The notes: generated by a model not told the origin, from the sequence alone. A DNA stretch of 32,000 nt from Mycoplasma mycoides subsp. capri (GCF_018389705.1 NZ_CP065581.1:210001-242000), one strand, 5' to 3'. Positions 10,668-20,433 are shown, counted from the stretch's first letter. Translations and numbers: made by a program.

Positions 10668-10744
10668 TGGTGCGCCCGGAGGGACTCGAACCCCCAACCT
10701 TTTGATCCGTAGTCAAGCGATCTATCCAATTGATCTACGGGCGC
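10668..10744 (-). tRNA. trnR: tRNA-Arg (ACG), CCA encoded
   Basis: Reverse complement is GCGCCCGTAGATCAATTGGATAGATCGCTTGACTACGGATCAAAAGG...CCGGGCGCACCA. Confidence 0.95.
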
Positions 10745-10793
10745 ATATAAAATTTATCTTTGTTATTATCTTATCATATTAAATGACTTTATT

Positions 10794-10822
10794 ATTATAG
10801 ATAATATCTTTACCATTTACAA
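10794..10822 (-). promoter_or_regulatory. Promoter of the nine-tRNA operon
   Basis: The minus strand reads TTGTAA (10822-10817), a 17-nt spacer, then TATAAT (10799-10794), about 50 nt upstream of tRNA-Arg. Confidence 0.6.
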
Positions 10823-10949
10823 CATAAATAAGCAAAAAATATTAATAATTTTAAAAATATTTATAAAAATAATTTCTAAAATAAATCTATAAAAAATTAA
10901 AACTAAACTAAAGACATTTAAAATTATAAATCTTTAATTTAGTTTTAGA

Positions 10950-12092
10950 TTAATTATTCTTATTTTTAGAAAAACTAAATGTTGAAACTTCTTTTATTTC
11001 ATTAAAGTTATTATTAATAATTTCATTAGTAATATTCATTTTATTTAAAGCTATTTTAGTAGCATTATCATCTTTAATGATTTTATTTTCAAACATTAAG
11101 ATTTTATAAATAGTTTGATAATAATGTTCTTTAAAAGAAAAACAATGATTACATGAATTATATAAAACTAATTCATCATTATCATTATAAATAGTTCTAT
11201 TAATAAATAGTCTTAATGAATCAGTATGACTTGTTATTTGATCATTACACCCATGTATAAATAAACTAGCTGCTTTTGCTGGAACTAGTTTTTTATTTTC
11301 ATACATATCAAATAAATTTAATTCCTCTTGGTTATGATTTGTTGCTAAAGTTTGTAGATCAATAGTTTTATTAATAATTTTTCTAGCTAATTTTTTATTA
11401 ATAAAAAACTTTAATCTTTGTTCTCAGTTTTTATATAATAGTGATTCAATAGATCCATAAGTTGAATCACTGATTATAAATTTAACATTAGCTTTATCTA
11501 GTAACTCTTTGTTATTAATAGCTACATAATTACAAATATAAGCACCCATACTCATTCCAAATAATCCTAAAACTTGTACATTTTCACTTGTAATTAAATA
11601 ATTAATAGCACTAATTAAATCTCTACTTTCAAATAACCCCATACTAATTACTTCAGTTTGATCAGATTCACCGTGATTTCTATAATCAAAAGATAATATA
11701 TTATATCCAAGTTCTATAAAAGCTTTAGTATGAATTAATCCTAAATACTTATGTCCAGCAAATCAGTGAGATGAAATAATTCATTTTTTACTATCTTTAT
11801 TAGTAATAAATTTAATAGCTTTAATTTTTATATTATCACTTGTAACAAAACTAACATTTTGTATTTTATTATCATCACATAATACTAATTCATCTCTTTT
11901 ATAATAGTATTTCATGATTTTATTTAACTTATTAATATCATCAATTTTACTAATATATCCTAGTTTTTTATTTGATTTAAACACAGTTAAATTACCTGCT
12001 AATCAATAAATAAACTTAAAAGGTCTTTTAGCAGCTTTAAAAATTTTTCTACCTAGTCTTTTTTTAAAAGATTCATTATTTTTATTTTTCAT
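10950..12092 (-). CDS. Alpha/beta-fold hydrolase (esterase/lipase-like), 380 aa
   Basis: Track fragments 10950-11306, 11424-11642 and 11781-11984 are in one frame, and the junctions were traced through TGA=Trp. ATG is at 12092. The nucleophile elbow GMSMG is preceded by HWFAGH (oxyanion-region-like). Confidence 0.8.
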
Positions 12093-12163
12093 AAACTTAT
12101 TTTAATATGTATTTTAATTAATTAATAGCACACTTAAAAGTTTTTAGAAAATATAATTTACTA

Positions 12164-12193
12164 TTGAAAAAAAAAAAAAAAAAAAACTATAAT
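12164..12193 (+). promoter_or_regulatory. Promoter with a 20-nt poly(A) tract spanning the -35/-10 spacer (candidate phase-variation switch)
   Basis: TTGAAA (12164-12169), 18-nt spacer, TATAAT (12188-12193). The A-run at 12167-12186 is 20 A, counted directly. Confidence 0.65.
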
Positions 12194-12333
12194 GAATATT
12201 TGCAATATAAAAGATAAATAAGGAATGAATAATTAATGAAAAAATTATTAACCATTTTAACTAGTTGTAGTTTTGGATTTTTAATAACAACTTCAATAAT
12301 ACTAGTTAATAAAAATAATGGTGAGAATAATAT
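12164..12333 (+). repeat. 5' module (promoter + 5'UTR + signal-anchor codons), copy 1
   Basis: Identical by eye to 13639-13803 except for poly(A) length (20 vs 15). Confidence 0.85.
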
Positions 12334-13519
12334 AATAAGTTATAATGCTCAGAGAAAAAAAGTTAATCATGAATTTGCTGATAATAAAACTAAAAAGAAA
12401 ATAACAAAGATTGGTTACTACTACAGAGATGGAAAAACAATAATAAGTCAAATTCCTCCAACTGTTGAAGTGGTTGCAGCAGATCTACCAGAAGAAATAA
12501 CTAGTTTAAGAAATGCTTTTTATGGAAATAGACAAAGTGTTCGCTTTGAAAAACAATGAGATACTAAAAACATAACTGATATGAGCAGTGTTTTTTATGA
12601 TGCTAATTGAATAAATGATGCTAGCATTAAAAATTGAAATACTTCAAAAGTAACTGACATGAGTAAAATGTTTAAAAGAGCAAAAAGTTTTAATCAAGAT
12701 CTTTCTAATTGAGATGTTTCAAATGTTAAAAATTTTGAGGGAATGTTTGACGATGCAAGCGATTTTAATAATGGAAACACTCCTTTAAAATGAGAAGGAA
12801 AACTAAATAAAGCTGAAAATATGAAAAGCATGTTTAAAAAGGCTTCTGATTTCAAACATAGTTTAGATAATTGAATAATGACAAAAAAAGTTGATTATCA
12901 TGATTTTGGGTTAGAAGAAAAGAGACAACCTAAATGATTTATTGAACCACTAGTTCAAACTCCACCTAGTACATCTATAAACCAACCATCTAATTCTAGT
13001 GTCCCACTTACTCGTTCAGATGAGTCTTCAAGTTCATTATCACAAGGTTCCAATTCTAATTCTACTGATAACTCTAATAGCCTAATTTCAGATTCCATTA
13101 TTAATCCACCAATTAATAAACAAAAAAACCCTATTAAAGAACCTGTAGAAAAATCATCAGAAAATGAGATTAAAAATCTTGAAACAAAAAATTCTACTAC
13201 AAATTCAAAAAAAAGCAATTTAGAAAATGAAATATTACCAAAAGAAGAAAAGTTCAATCCAATAAATAAATCTCTAATACCAAAAGAAAATAAGGATAAT
13301 TTATATAAAATACCTTCTGCACAACCAAAACCTAATACGATATTGAAACCAAACTCAAATAATGCTTTAGTTATAACTGGAGCTGCTTTAGGAACATTTA
13401 CAGTTCTAGGAATTGGAGCTGGAGCTGGATATTATTATCGTAAAAATCTAAAGAATTTGTATTTAAGATCAACAGATAAAATAAAAGAGAGAATATCAAG
13501 AATTAAATCTAAAAAATAG
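12236..13519 (+). CDS. DUF285/BspA-like repeat surface protein, paralog A, 427 aa
   Basis: ATG at 12236 and TAG at 13517-13519, with many TGA=Trp. It has an N-terminal hydrophobic anchor. The repeats follow the pattern W-D/N-[TV]S-x-V-T/K-x-M-x-x-MF-x-x-A-x-x-FNQDLS-x-W. These are followed by an S/N/P-rich linker, a C-terminal TM segment (VITGAALGTFTVLGIGAGAGYYY) and a basic tail. Confidence 0.85.
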
Positions 13520-13520
13520 T

Positions 13521-13551
13521 AAAAATGCAGAATTAACAATCTGCATTTTTT
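13521..13551 (+). terminator. Rho-independent terminator
   Basis: AAAAATGCAGA (13521-13531) / TCTGCATTTTT (13540-13550). Confidence 0.75.
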
Positions 13552-13638
13552 AGTTTTAATTATCATTTATTCTCTAATTTATATTTTGTAATTTCACAAT
13601 ATGTTTTGTAAATTTTAAACACTAATTAATATTTACTC

Positions 13639-13663
13639 TTGAAAAAAAAAAAAAAACTATAAT
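13639..13663 (+). promoter_or_regulatory. Same promoter module as 12164-12193 but with a 15-nt poly(A) tract (13-nt spacer)
   Basis: TTGAAA (13639-13644), 13-nt spacer, TATAAT (13658-13663). The A-run at 13642-13656 is 15 A, counted directly. Confidence 0.6.
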
Positions 13664-13803
13664 GAATATTTGCAATATAAAAGATAAATAAGGAATGAAT
13701 AATTAATGAAAAAATTATTAACCATTTTAACTAGTTGTAGTTTTGGATTTTTAATAACAACTTCAATAATACTAGTTAATAAAAATAATGGTGAGAATAA
13801 TAT
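13639..13803 (+). repeat. 5' module, copy 2
   Basis: See 12164-12333. Confidence 0.85.
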
Positions 13804-15022
13804 TATTTATAATAGTAAAATTAAGGAAACAAATCATGAATTTGCAGATCCAAATACTAAAAGAATATTAACAAAGATAGGATACAAACAATCAGGAAAT
13901 GAAGTTAGAATCAAGACTATTCCAACCACTGTTACTCAAATTAATGCACAACTTCCACAAGAAATAACAAGTTTAAAAAACGCATTTGTTGGAAATAGAC
14001 AACAAATAAAATGAGGAACACCATGAGATACTAAGAACATAACAAATATGAGTGGTGTTTTTTATGGTCAAATATGAGTTAACGATCCTAGTATAAAAAA
14101 ATGAGATGTTTCAAAGGTTACTGATATGAGTGATATGTTTCATGGAGCATTAGGTTTTAATCAAGATCTTTCTGAATGAGATGTTTCAAAGGTTGTCAAT
14201 ATGAATGGAATGTTTGATGGTGCAACTGAATACAACAACGACAATAAGCATCTAAGATGAGAAAATAAACTAGATTCAGTAAAAACAATGAAAAAAATGT
14301 TTAATAAAACTCCCTTCAAGCATGATCTAAAAAGTTGAAAGATGCCTAATGTTGTTAATAATGATGAGTTCGGCTTAGATTCTTCAAAACAGCCCGAATG
14401 AAAATTACCAACACCACCCTCTACTTCTATTTCGATACCTAGATCTGATTCACCAGTAGAAACGCCTAAAAAACCTGAAATTGATACTGATTCATCATCA
14501 TTAAAGGACAAAAAAGAGGGTATTGAAACAGAATCAAGATCAAAATCTAGTTCATCTAGTAGTTCATCTAGTGAATCAAGACAAGAGACTCCATTATCAA
14601 ATGATGATCCAAATTCTTTTACTCAACCTATAGAATCTGACTTAAATAATCAAATAGATTCTCCTAATGAAGATGTAGATCAAAAACAACCAGAAACACC
14701 TAAAGGTGAAAATGAGACTACTCAAGATACAAATAATATAAAAGATAATGTTAATAATCATAAAAATGATGGCATTCTTTATAAAATTCCACCGGTAAAA
14801 CCTAATACCATAATAAAACCAAATTCACCAAATATAGCAATCATTACTGGAATTATTGTAGGAACATTTACAGTTTTAGGAATTGGGGTTGGAACTGGAT
14901 ATTATTATCGTAAAAATCTAAAAAACTTTTATTTAAATTCAGCTGACAAAACAAAGAACTTATACTTCAAATCTAAAGAAAAAATTAAAGATAAATTATC
15001 TAAGATGAAATCTAAAAAGTAA
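13706..15022 (+). CDS. DUF285/BspA-like repeat surface protein, paralog B, 438 aa
   Basis: ATG at 13706 and TAA at 15020-15022. The first ~33 codons are identical to paralog A. It has DUF285-type repeats, a Ser-rich linker (SRSKSSSSSSSSSES), a C-terminal TM segment and a KNLKNFYLNSADKTKNLYFKSKEKIKDKLSKMKSKK tail. Confidence 0.85.
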
Positions 15023-15062
15023 GAGAGATGCAGAATTGCCAATTAAGGTAATCTGCTTTTTT
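14900..15062 (+). repeat. 3' module (basic tail codons + terminator), copy in paralog B
   Basis: Near-identical to 16218-16380 at a constant offset of 1318. A few substitutions are seen, e.g. CAGCTGAC vs CAGCCGAC. Confidence 0.75.
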
Positions 15063-15063
15063 T
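15030..15063 (+). terminator. Rho-independent terminator
   Basis: GCAGAATTGCC / GGTAATCTGC imperfect stem followed by a T-run. The same module recurs at 16348-16380. Confidence 0.65.
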
Positions 15064-15095
15064 GTATTTTATCTCTTTAAATTTACAGCCAGCTA

Positions 15096-15123
15096 TTGAC
15101 AGAATTTTTATATTCTATATAAT
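15096..15123 (+). promoter_or_regulatory. Candidate promoter of paralog C (no homopolymer tract)
   Basis: TTGACA (15096-15101), 16-nt spacer, TATAAT (15118-15123). Confidence 0.5.
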
Positions 15124-15179
15124 GGAAGGGCACATTTTTATAATTAAAAATAAAAATAATCAAGCAAGAGAGTAAATTT

Positions 15180-16340
15180 ATGAAGAAATTATTACCCATC
15201 TTTATGAGTTTTAACACCGCATTTTTAGTAACATCAACAATTTGAATGGTGACTCATTATAATGAAGACCATAAAATAAATTATAATGCTATAAGTTGAA
15301 TAAAAAAGCATAAAACATCTGGTGATAGACTAACTGATATTGGTTATTACAAATCTGGAAATAATTACATAATACAGCAAATTCCACCAAGTGTTTCCGT
15401 AATTGCAGCACAATTGCCAGAGCAAATAACTAGTCTAAGAAATGCTTTTTACGGTAATAAACAACGTATTCGTTGAGAAAAGCAGTGAGATACAAAAAAT
15501 ATAACTGATATGAGCGCTACTTTTTATGATGCAATATGATTTGATGATGCAAGCATAAAGAATTGAAATACTTCTAAAGTGACAGATATGAGTAGAATGT
15601 TTCATAAAGCAAAAAGTTTCAATCAAGATTTATCAAATTGAAATGTCTCAAATGTTAAAAATTTTCAAAGTATGTTTGAAGAAGCAAATAGATTTAATAA
15701 TGGTGACAAACCATTGAATTGAGGAGAAAAACTTAAGAGCGCTAGTAATATGAGCAAAATGTTTAAAAATACACCAGAATTTAAACAAAATTTAAATAAT
15801 TGATTAATGACAACTGAAGTTGATAAAAATGATTTTGGGCTAGATTCTAGTTTACATCCAAAGTGATATGCTAAACCCCAATTACAGCCTCCCACAACTT
15901 CAAGTTCAATACCGAACAATTTTAATAATTTACCTAGATCAGATAATTCAAATTCTCCAATTTCTATTGATAATAATGTAACGCCTGATAGCGAAACATC
16001 AATTATAAAACCTAATACACCTGCAGTGCAACCTAAAAAAGATAATGAAATTTATGTAGAGGATAAAATAGAAAATCCCAAAATTGATAATAATCCTTAC
16101 AAAATTCCATCAGCAAAACCTAACACTATAATAAAATCAAATTCGCCAAGTGCAGGACTTATTGCTGGATCTGTTTTAGGTAGTTTTACAGTTCTAGGAA
16201 TAGTCGGTGGAACTAGTTATTATTATCGTAAAAATCTAAAAAACTTTTATTTAAATTCAGCCGACAAAACAAAGAACTTATACTTCAAATCTAAAGAAAA
16301 AATTAAAGATAAATTATCTAAAATTAAATCTAAAAAGTAA
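15180..16340 (+). CDS. DUF285/BspA-like repeat surface protein, paralog C, 386 aa
   Basis: ATG at 15180 is in frame with track ORF 16026-16340. The sequence was traced through TGA=Trp codons. Domain order matches the other paralogs. Confidence 0.85.
16111..16338 (+). repeat. C-terminal anchor module, copy in paralog C
   Basis: 228 nt read as identical to 17571-17798 at a constant offset of 1460. Confidence 0.85.
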
Positions 16341-16347
16341 GAGAGAT

Positions 16348-16380
16348 GCAGAATTGCCAATTAAGGTAATCTGCTTTTTT
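16348..16380 (+). terminator. Rho-independent terminator
   Basis: Same hairpin module as 15030-15063, followed by TTTTTT. Confidence 0.65.
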
Positions 16381-16405
16381 ATGTTTTATCTATCTAAATT
16401 AAAAA

Positions 16406-16435
16406 TTGATCATTGACATAATTCTTATATATAAT
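16406..16435 (+). promoter_or_regulatory. Candidate promoter of paralog D
   Basis: TTGATC (16406-16411), 18-nt spacer, TATAAT (16430-16435). An overlapping TTGACA (16413-16418) would leave only an 11-nt spacer. Confidence 0.4.
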
Positions 16436-16492
16436 GTATAGGCATATTTCTTACAATTAAAAATTAAAATAATTAAACAAGAGAGTGAAATA

Positions 16493-17800
16493 ATGAAAAA
16501 ACTATTAAATATTTTAACTACTAGTAGTTTTGTTTTTTTAATAACAGCAGGAATTGCTGCAGTTAACAAGAATAGTAATGAAAATAATATATATTTTAGT
16601 AAAAAGCTAACTTCTAGACCACACAAAATTGAAAAAGGTGTGTTAAAAGAAGTTGGATATGATGTTCTTCCTAATGGTGTTGTTCAAATTAAAAGAATTG
16701 ATTATACTGTATCAACAATTACAGCTTTGTTGCCTGAAGAAATAACTAGTTTAAAAAGTGCTTTTCAAACTAACACCAATATGATTAATTGACAGGTTGT
16801 ATGAGATACTAAGAATATAACTGATATGAGTTATGCTTTTTATAACACAACTTGAATAAATGAAAAATCAATAGCAAATTGAAATACTTCAAATGTAACA
16901 AACATGGAGGGTATGTTTGGTTTATCTAAGTCATTTAATCAAGATATTTCAAATTGAGATGTTTCAAAAGTAAAAAATTTCAAACAAATGTTCTATCATT
17001 CAACTGCATTTAATAATAATGAAAAACCGTTGAATTGAGATGTTAAATTAAAAAGTGCTGTGAATATGGAAAGTATGTTTGACAAAGCCTCTGCCTTTAC
17101 TCAAAATTTAAGTGGATGAACTTTAAATAATAGTGTTAATAACAAAAATTTTGGCATCCAGCTAGATAGACAACCAAAATGAAAAGTAGAAGTTCCAAAA
17201 CCTATTGAAAAATCTTTAAAACCTAATACAGCACCAAATAACTCAACACTGCCAGCAGATACTCCAGAGAATTTAGAAAACCAAGTGTCTCCCAAAAAAT
17301 CAGAAACGGAGAAAAAACCTGAAATAGTAGATAAATTAGATAATATACCTAGTTCTCCTTCAATCTCTGAGACACCAAAAAACATAAATGATTCTATTGA
17401 TACCCCTAATAATCTTATTATACAACCGCCTATTGAATCTAAACCTGAAATCAGTTCTGAAAAACCTAAACATCCATTAAGCACTGAAAATGAAACAATA
17501 GAAAAAAATGAATCACTAAAAGAAGACAAGATTAAAAACTCAAAAATTGATAATAATTCTTACAAAATACCAGCAAAACCTAACACTATAATAAAATCAA
17601 ATTCGCCAAGTGCAGGACTTATTGCTGGATCTGTTTTAGGTAGTTTTACAGTTCTAGGAATAGTCGGTGGAACTAGTTATTATTATCGTAAAAATCTAAA
17701 AAACTTTTATTTAAATTCAGCCGACAAAACAAAGAACTTATACTTCAAATCTAAAGAAAAAATTAAAGATAAATTATCTAAAATTAAATCTAAAAAATAA
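16493..17800 (+). CDS. DUF285/BspA-like repeat surface protein, paralog D, 435 aa
   Basis: ATG at 16493 is in frame with track ORF 17285-17800. It has DUF285 repeats and a P/S/E-rich linker. The C-terminal 76 codons are identical at nucleotide level to paralog C. Confidence 0.85.
17571..17798 (+). repeat. C-terminal anchor module, copy in paralog D
   Basis: See 16111-16338. Confidence 0.85.
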
Positions 17801-17801
17801 G

Positions 17802-17835
17802 AAAAATGCAGGCCTATAATGATCTGCATTTTTTT
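17802..17835. terminator. Bidirectional terminator between paralog D and ridA
   Basis: AAAAATGCAG (17802-17811) / CTGCATTTTT (17824-17833). Confidence 0.7.
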
Positions 17836-17836
17836 A

Positions 17837-18238
17837 TTATTTATCTAAACAACAATTTGTTTCTTTTTTATAAGCAATTACTTCAATTTCAATTAAAGCA
17901 TCTTTTGGAAGAGCTGCTGCTTGAAAAGCACTTCTAGCAGGTTTGTGATCTTCAAAGAATTCTTCATAAATACTATTTACTAATGAAAAATCATTAATAT
18001 CTTTTAATAAAACTAAAGTTTTAACTACATCAGTTTTGTCATATCCTGCTTGTTTTAAAATTTCATAAATATTATTTAAACTTCTTTTTGTTTGTAATTC
18101 AATATTATTTTCTAAAAGCATAGTTATAGGATCTAATCCTAATTGCCCAGATAAATACAAAGTACCATTGCAAATTTTAACAGCTTGACTGTATGGTCCG
18201 ATTGCTTTTGGAGCATTTTCAGTATTAATTATTTTCAT
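17837..18238 (-). CDS. ridA: RidA/YjgF/L-PSP family reactive-intermediate deaminase, 133 aa
   Basis: MKIINTENAPKAIGPYSQAV...LYLSGQLGLDP...PARSAFQAAALPKDALIEIEVIA. An AGGAGG RBS is present. Confidence 0.9.
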   Translation of the reverse strand: MKIINTENAPKAIGPYSQAVKICNGTLYLSGQLGLDPITMLLENNIELQTKRSLNNIYEILKQAGYDKTDVVKTLVLLKDINDFSLVNSIYEEFFEDHKPARSAFQAAALPKDALIEIEVIAYKKETNCCLDK

Positions 18239-18247
18239 AATTACCTC

Positions 18248-19438
18248 CTAATTTAATTTTAAACAGATTTTTAGTTTTTCAACTAATTGTATTAATTCAC
18301 TTCTAGGACAAGCAATATTTATTCTAAATCAGTCAGTTTGGCTTGTATAAAAATCAGAAGCTAAATTAATAATTAGATTTTGGTGCTGTAAATTGTTTTT
18401 AAATTCTTCACAACTTATATGATTAAACTTAATTCAAACTAAATAAGTTGCTTTTAGATCTATATAATCTAGTTGTTTATATTTATCTAAAAGATTTTCT
18501 TTTAAATATAAGTAGTTATTATAAATATATTCTTTAAACTCTTTTACTCAATCTAAAACTTCTTTATTTGTATATGCACTAATTAAAGCTTGTTGATAAA
18601 AAGAATTAGATAATCCAAATCCATTAATTAAATATTGTTGTTTAATTTTATCTAGTATATCTTTATTTTTACTAATTAAATAAGAACCTTTTAATCCAGC
18701 TAAATTAAACATTTTATTTGGAGAACTAACTACTACAAAATTATTATTTTTAGTTTCAAATTCTAATAAAGAATAAAATTTATCTTTTAAAACAATATCT
18801 CCATGAACTTCATCACTAACTATAATGACATTATACTTATTACAAATTTCAACAATTTTTAAAAGATCTTGAGCTTTTCAAACTACTCCAGAAGGGTTAT
18901 GTGGACTACATAAAATAAACATTTTTACATTATGTTTTTTTATTTTATTTTCAAAATCAAGAAAATCAATTTCATAATTATGATCTTTATAAACTAATGG
19001 ATTATCTATTACATTTCTATTATTTGTTTGTATTACATTATAAAAAGGTTTATAAACAGGAGATTGAATTAGAATATTATCATTTACATTAGTAAGTGCT
19101 TGAACAGCTTGTATTAAAGCACTAATAGTTCCATGACCTAGAATTATTTGATTAGTATTTAAATCAATATTATGTAATTGTTTATATCAAGTTTGAATAG
19201 CATCTAGACTATTTTCAATACTACAAGTATAACTATAAGATTGTTGTTTAGCTATTTTAACAATTGTATCAACTATAACTTTTGGAGTTTTAAAATTAGT
19301 GTCAGCTATTGAATAGTTTAAAAAATTATCATAATCATCTAATAAATAAAATTGTTTAATATTATCTTTACATCATCTTCTTTCATGAGTTTTTGATCTA
19401 TTAAAAGGTTTATCAAACTCAGTTTTAAACTTATTCAT
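18248..19438 (-). CDS. PLP-dependent class I/II aminotransferase-fold C-S lyase (PatB/MalY-like), 396 aa
   Basis: ATG at 19438 and TAG at 18250-18248, with several TGA=Trp. SPHNPSG and the PLP-lysine context SSPNKMFNLAGLKGSY are present. Confidence 0.82.
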
Positions 19439-19569
19439 TATTTCACCTCAAATTAATTATAAAAGTTCTTATATTACTTATTAACTCCTTATATTAAGAA
19501 ACTAAAATTCATCAAGATATTAGAATAATTGATTTTGTTATAATCATAATAATAGAAAAAGGAGTTTTT

Positions 19570-20433
19570 ATGTATAAAATAATTGCTATTGATATTGATG
19601 GAACAGTGTATTCTAGAAAAAACGGAATTCATGAACTAACTAAACTTGCTTTAAAAAAAGCTAAAGATAAAGGAATAAAAATAGTTATAGCAACTGGAAG
19701 AACTATAACAACTACTAGATTTATTGCAAAACAATTAGATTTGTTAAATACTAGTATTCCTTTTATTGGACAAAATGGTGGACAAGTGTTTAGTTATGAA
19801 AAAAATGGTAGTGTAAAGATTAGATATACAAAAAACTTTACAGCTCAACAAGTTGATCAAATCTTTAGTATTATAAAACAACATAAAGCTCATGCTTTTT
19901 GTTATACACTTAATGAAAATATTGCTTATAAAAATAAAGGTATTTCTATCTTTTTTTGATGAATGAAAAAAAGAGCTCAAAGAGTTGTAAAAATATATAA
20001 ACCTAATAAATCTTTAGAATCTCAAATTACTAAATATATTTGTTTTGGTAAAAAAGAAAATATGAGACAAATGAGAAAAAAAATTGAAGATCTAGGTTTT
20101 AGTGCTTTTTCTTTTAGTTATGTAACAAATGCAAAAGAAAATATTGAAATTAATCCAATTGGTGTTAATAAAGGTTATGGTTTAGAATATGTTGCAAAAG
20201 AATTAAATGTTAAACCAGAAGAAATTTTATTTTTTGGTGATGGAGAAAACGATTTAGAAGCGATTAAATTTGCAGGAAAAGGAGTTGCTATGAAAAATAC
20301 AAAACTAGATATAGTTAAAAAAGCAGCTGATGATATTACAAGTTTAACTGCAGATCAAGGTGGAGTTGGTGAATATATTTTTAAACATGTTTTAAAAGAA
20401 GAAATTCCTATAGAGTTTCAAATAGATAAGTAA
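19570..20433 (+). CDS. HAD-superfamily Cof-type phosphatase, 287 aa
   Basis: Track ORFs 19570-19959 and 19963-20433 share a frame and are joined by TGA-TGA (WW). [10 protein letters not shown] and [22 protein letters not shown] motifs are present. Confidence 0.85.

Noticed and set aside
9893-10744. Regularly spaced ~77-nt GC-rich units that superficially resemble a repeat/spacer array
   Set aside because: Each unit folds as a distinct tRNA with its own anticodon. There is no shared direct repeat, so this is not a CRISPR array.
12236-12300. Lipobox-like LTSC in the N-termini of paralogs A and B
   Set aside because: The Cys is at residue 11, before the hydrophobic core (SFGFLITTSIILV) rather than after it. 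That is atypical for signal peptidase II substrates, and paralogs C and D lack the Cys. I kept it only as an open topology question.
12955-13257. 100-aa minus-strand ORF in the track
   Set aside because: It is antisense to the S/N/P-rich linker of DUF285 paralog A. Its sequence is low-complexity and it has no RBS or promoter. The + strand gene is supported by its repeats, anchor module and terminator.
14161-14511. 116-aa minus-strand ORF
   Set aside because: It is antisense to paralog B, a composition artefact of an AT-rich sequence with few antisense stops.
15435-15919. Two minus-strand ORFs (63 and 84 aa)
   Set aside because: They are antisense to paralog C and carry no independent signals.
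16413-16435. TTGACA with only an 11-nt spacer to TATAAT upstream of paralog D (5 nt shorter than in paralog C), suggesting a dead promoter or a (TA)n switch
   Set aside because: An overlapping TTGATC at 16406-16411 gives an acceptable 18-nt spacer. The TA run is only about 4 units, too short to argue for hypermutability.
16399-16626. 75-aa minus-strand ORF overlapping the start of paralog D
   Set aside because: It spans the promoter and signal-anchor of a well-supported + strand gene. It reads as a hydrophobic mirror image of the signal sequence.
17101-17529. 142-aa minus-strand ORF
   Set aside because: It is antisense to the paralog D linker. It is low-complexity and has no start context.
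19744-19980. 78-aa minus-strand ORF
   Set aside because: It is antisense to the Cof-type HAD gene.
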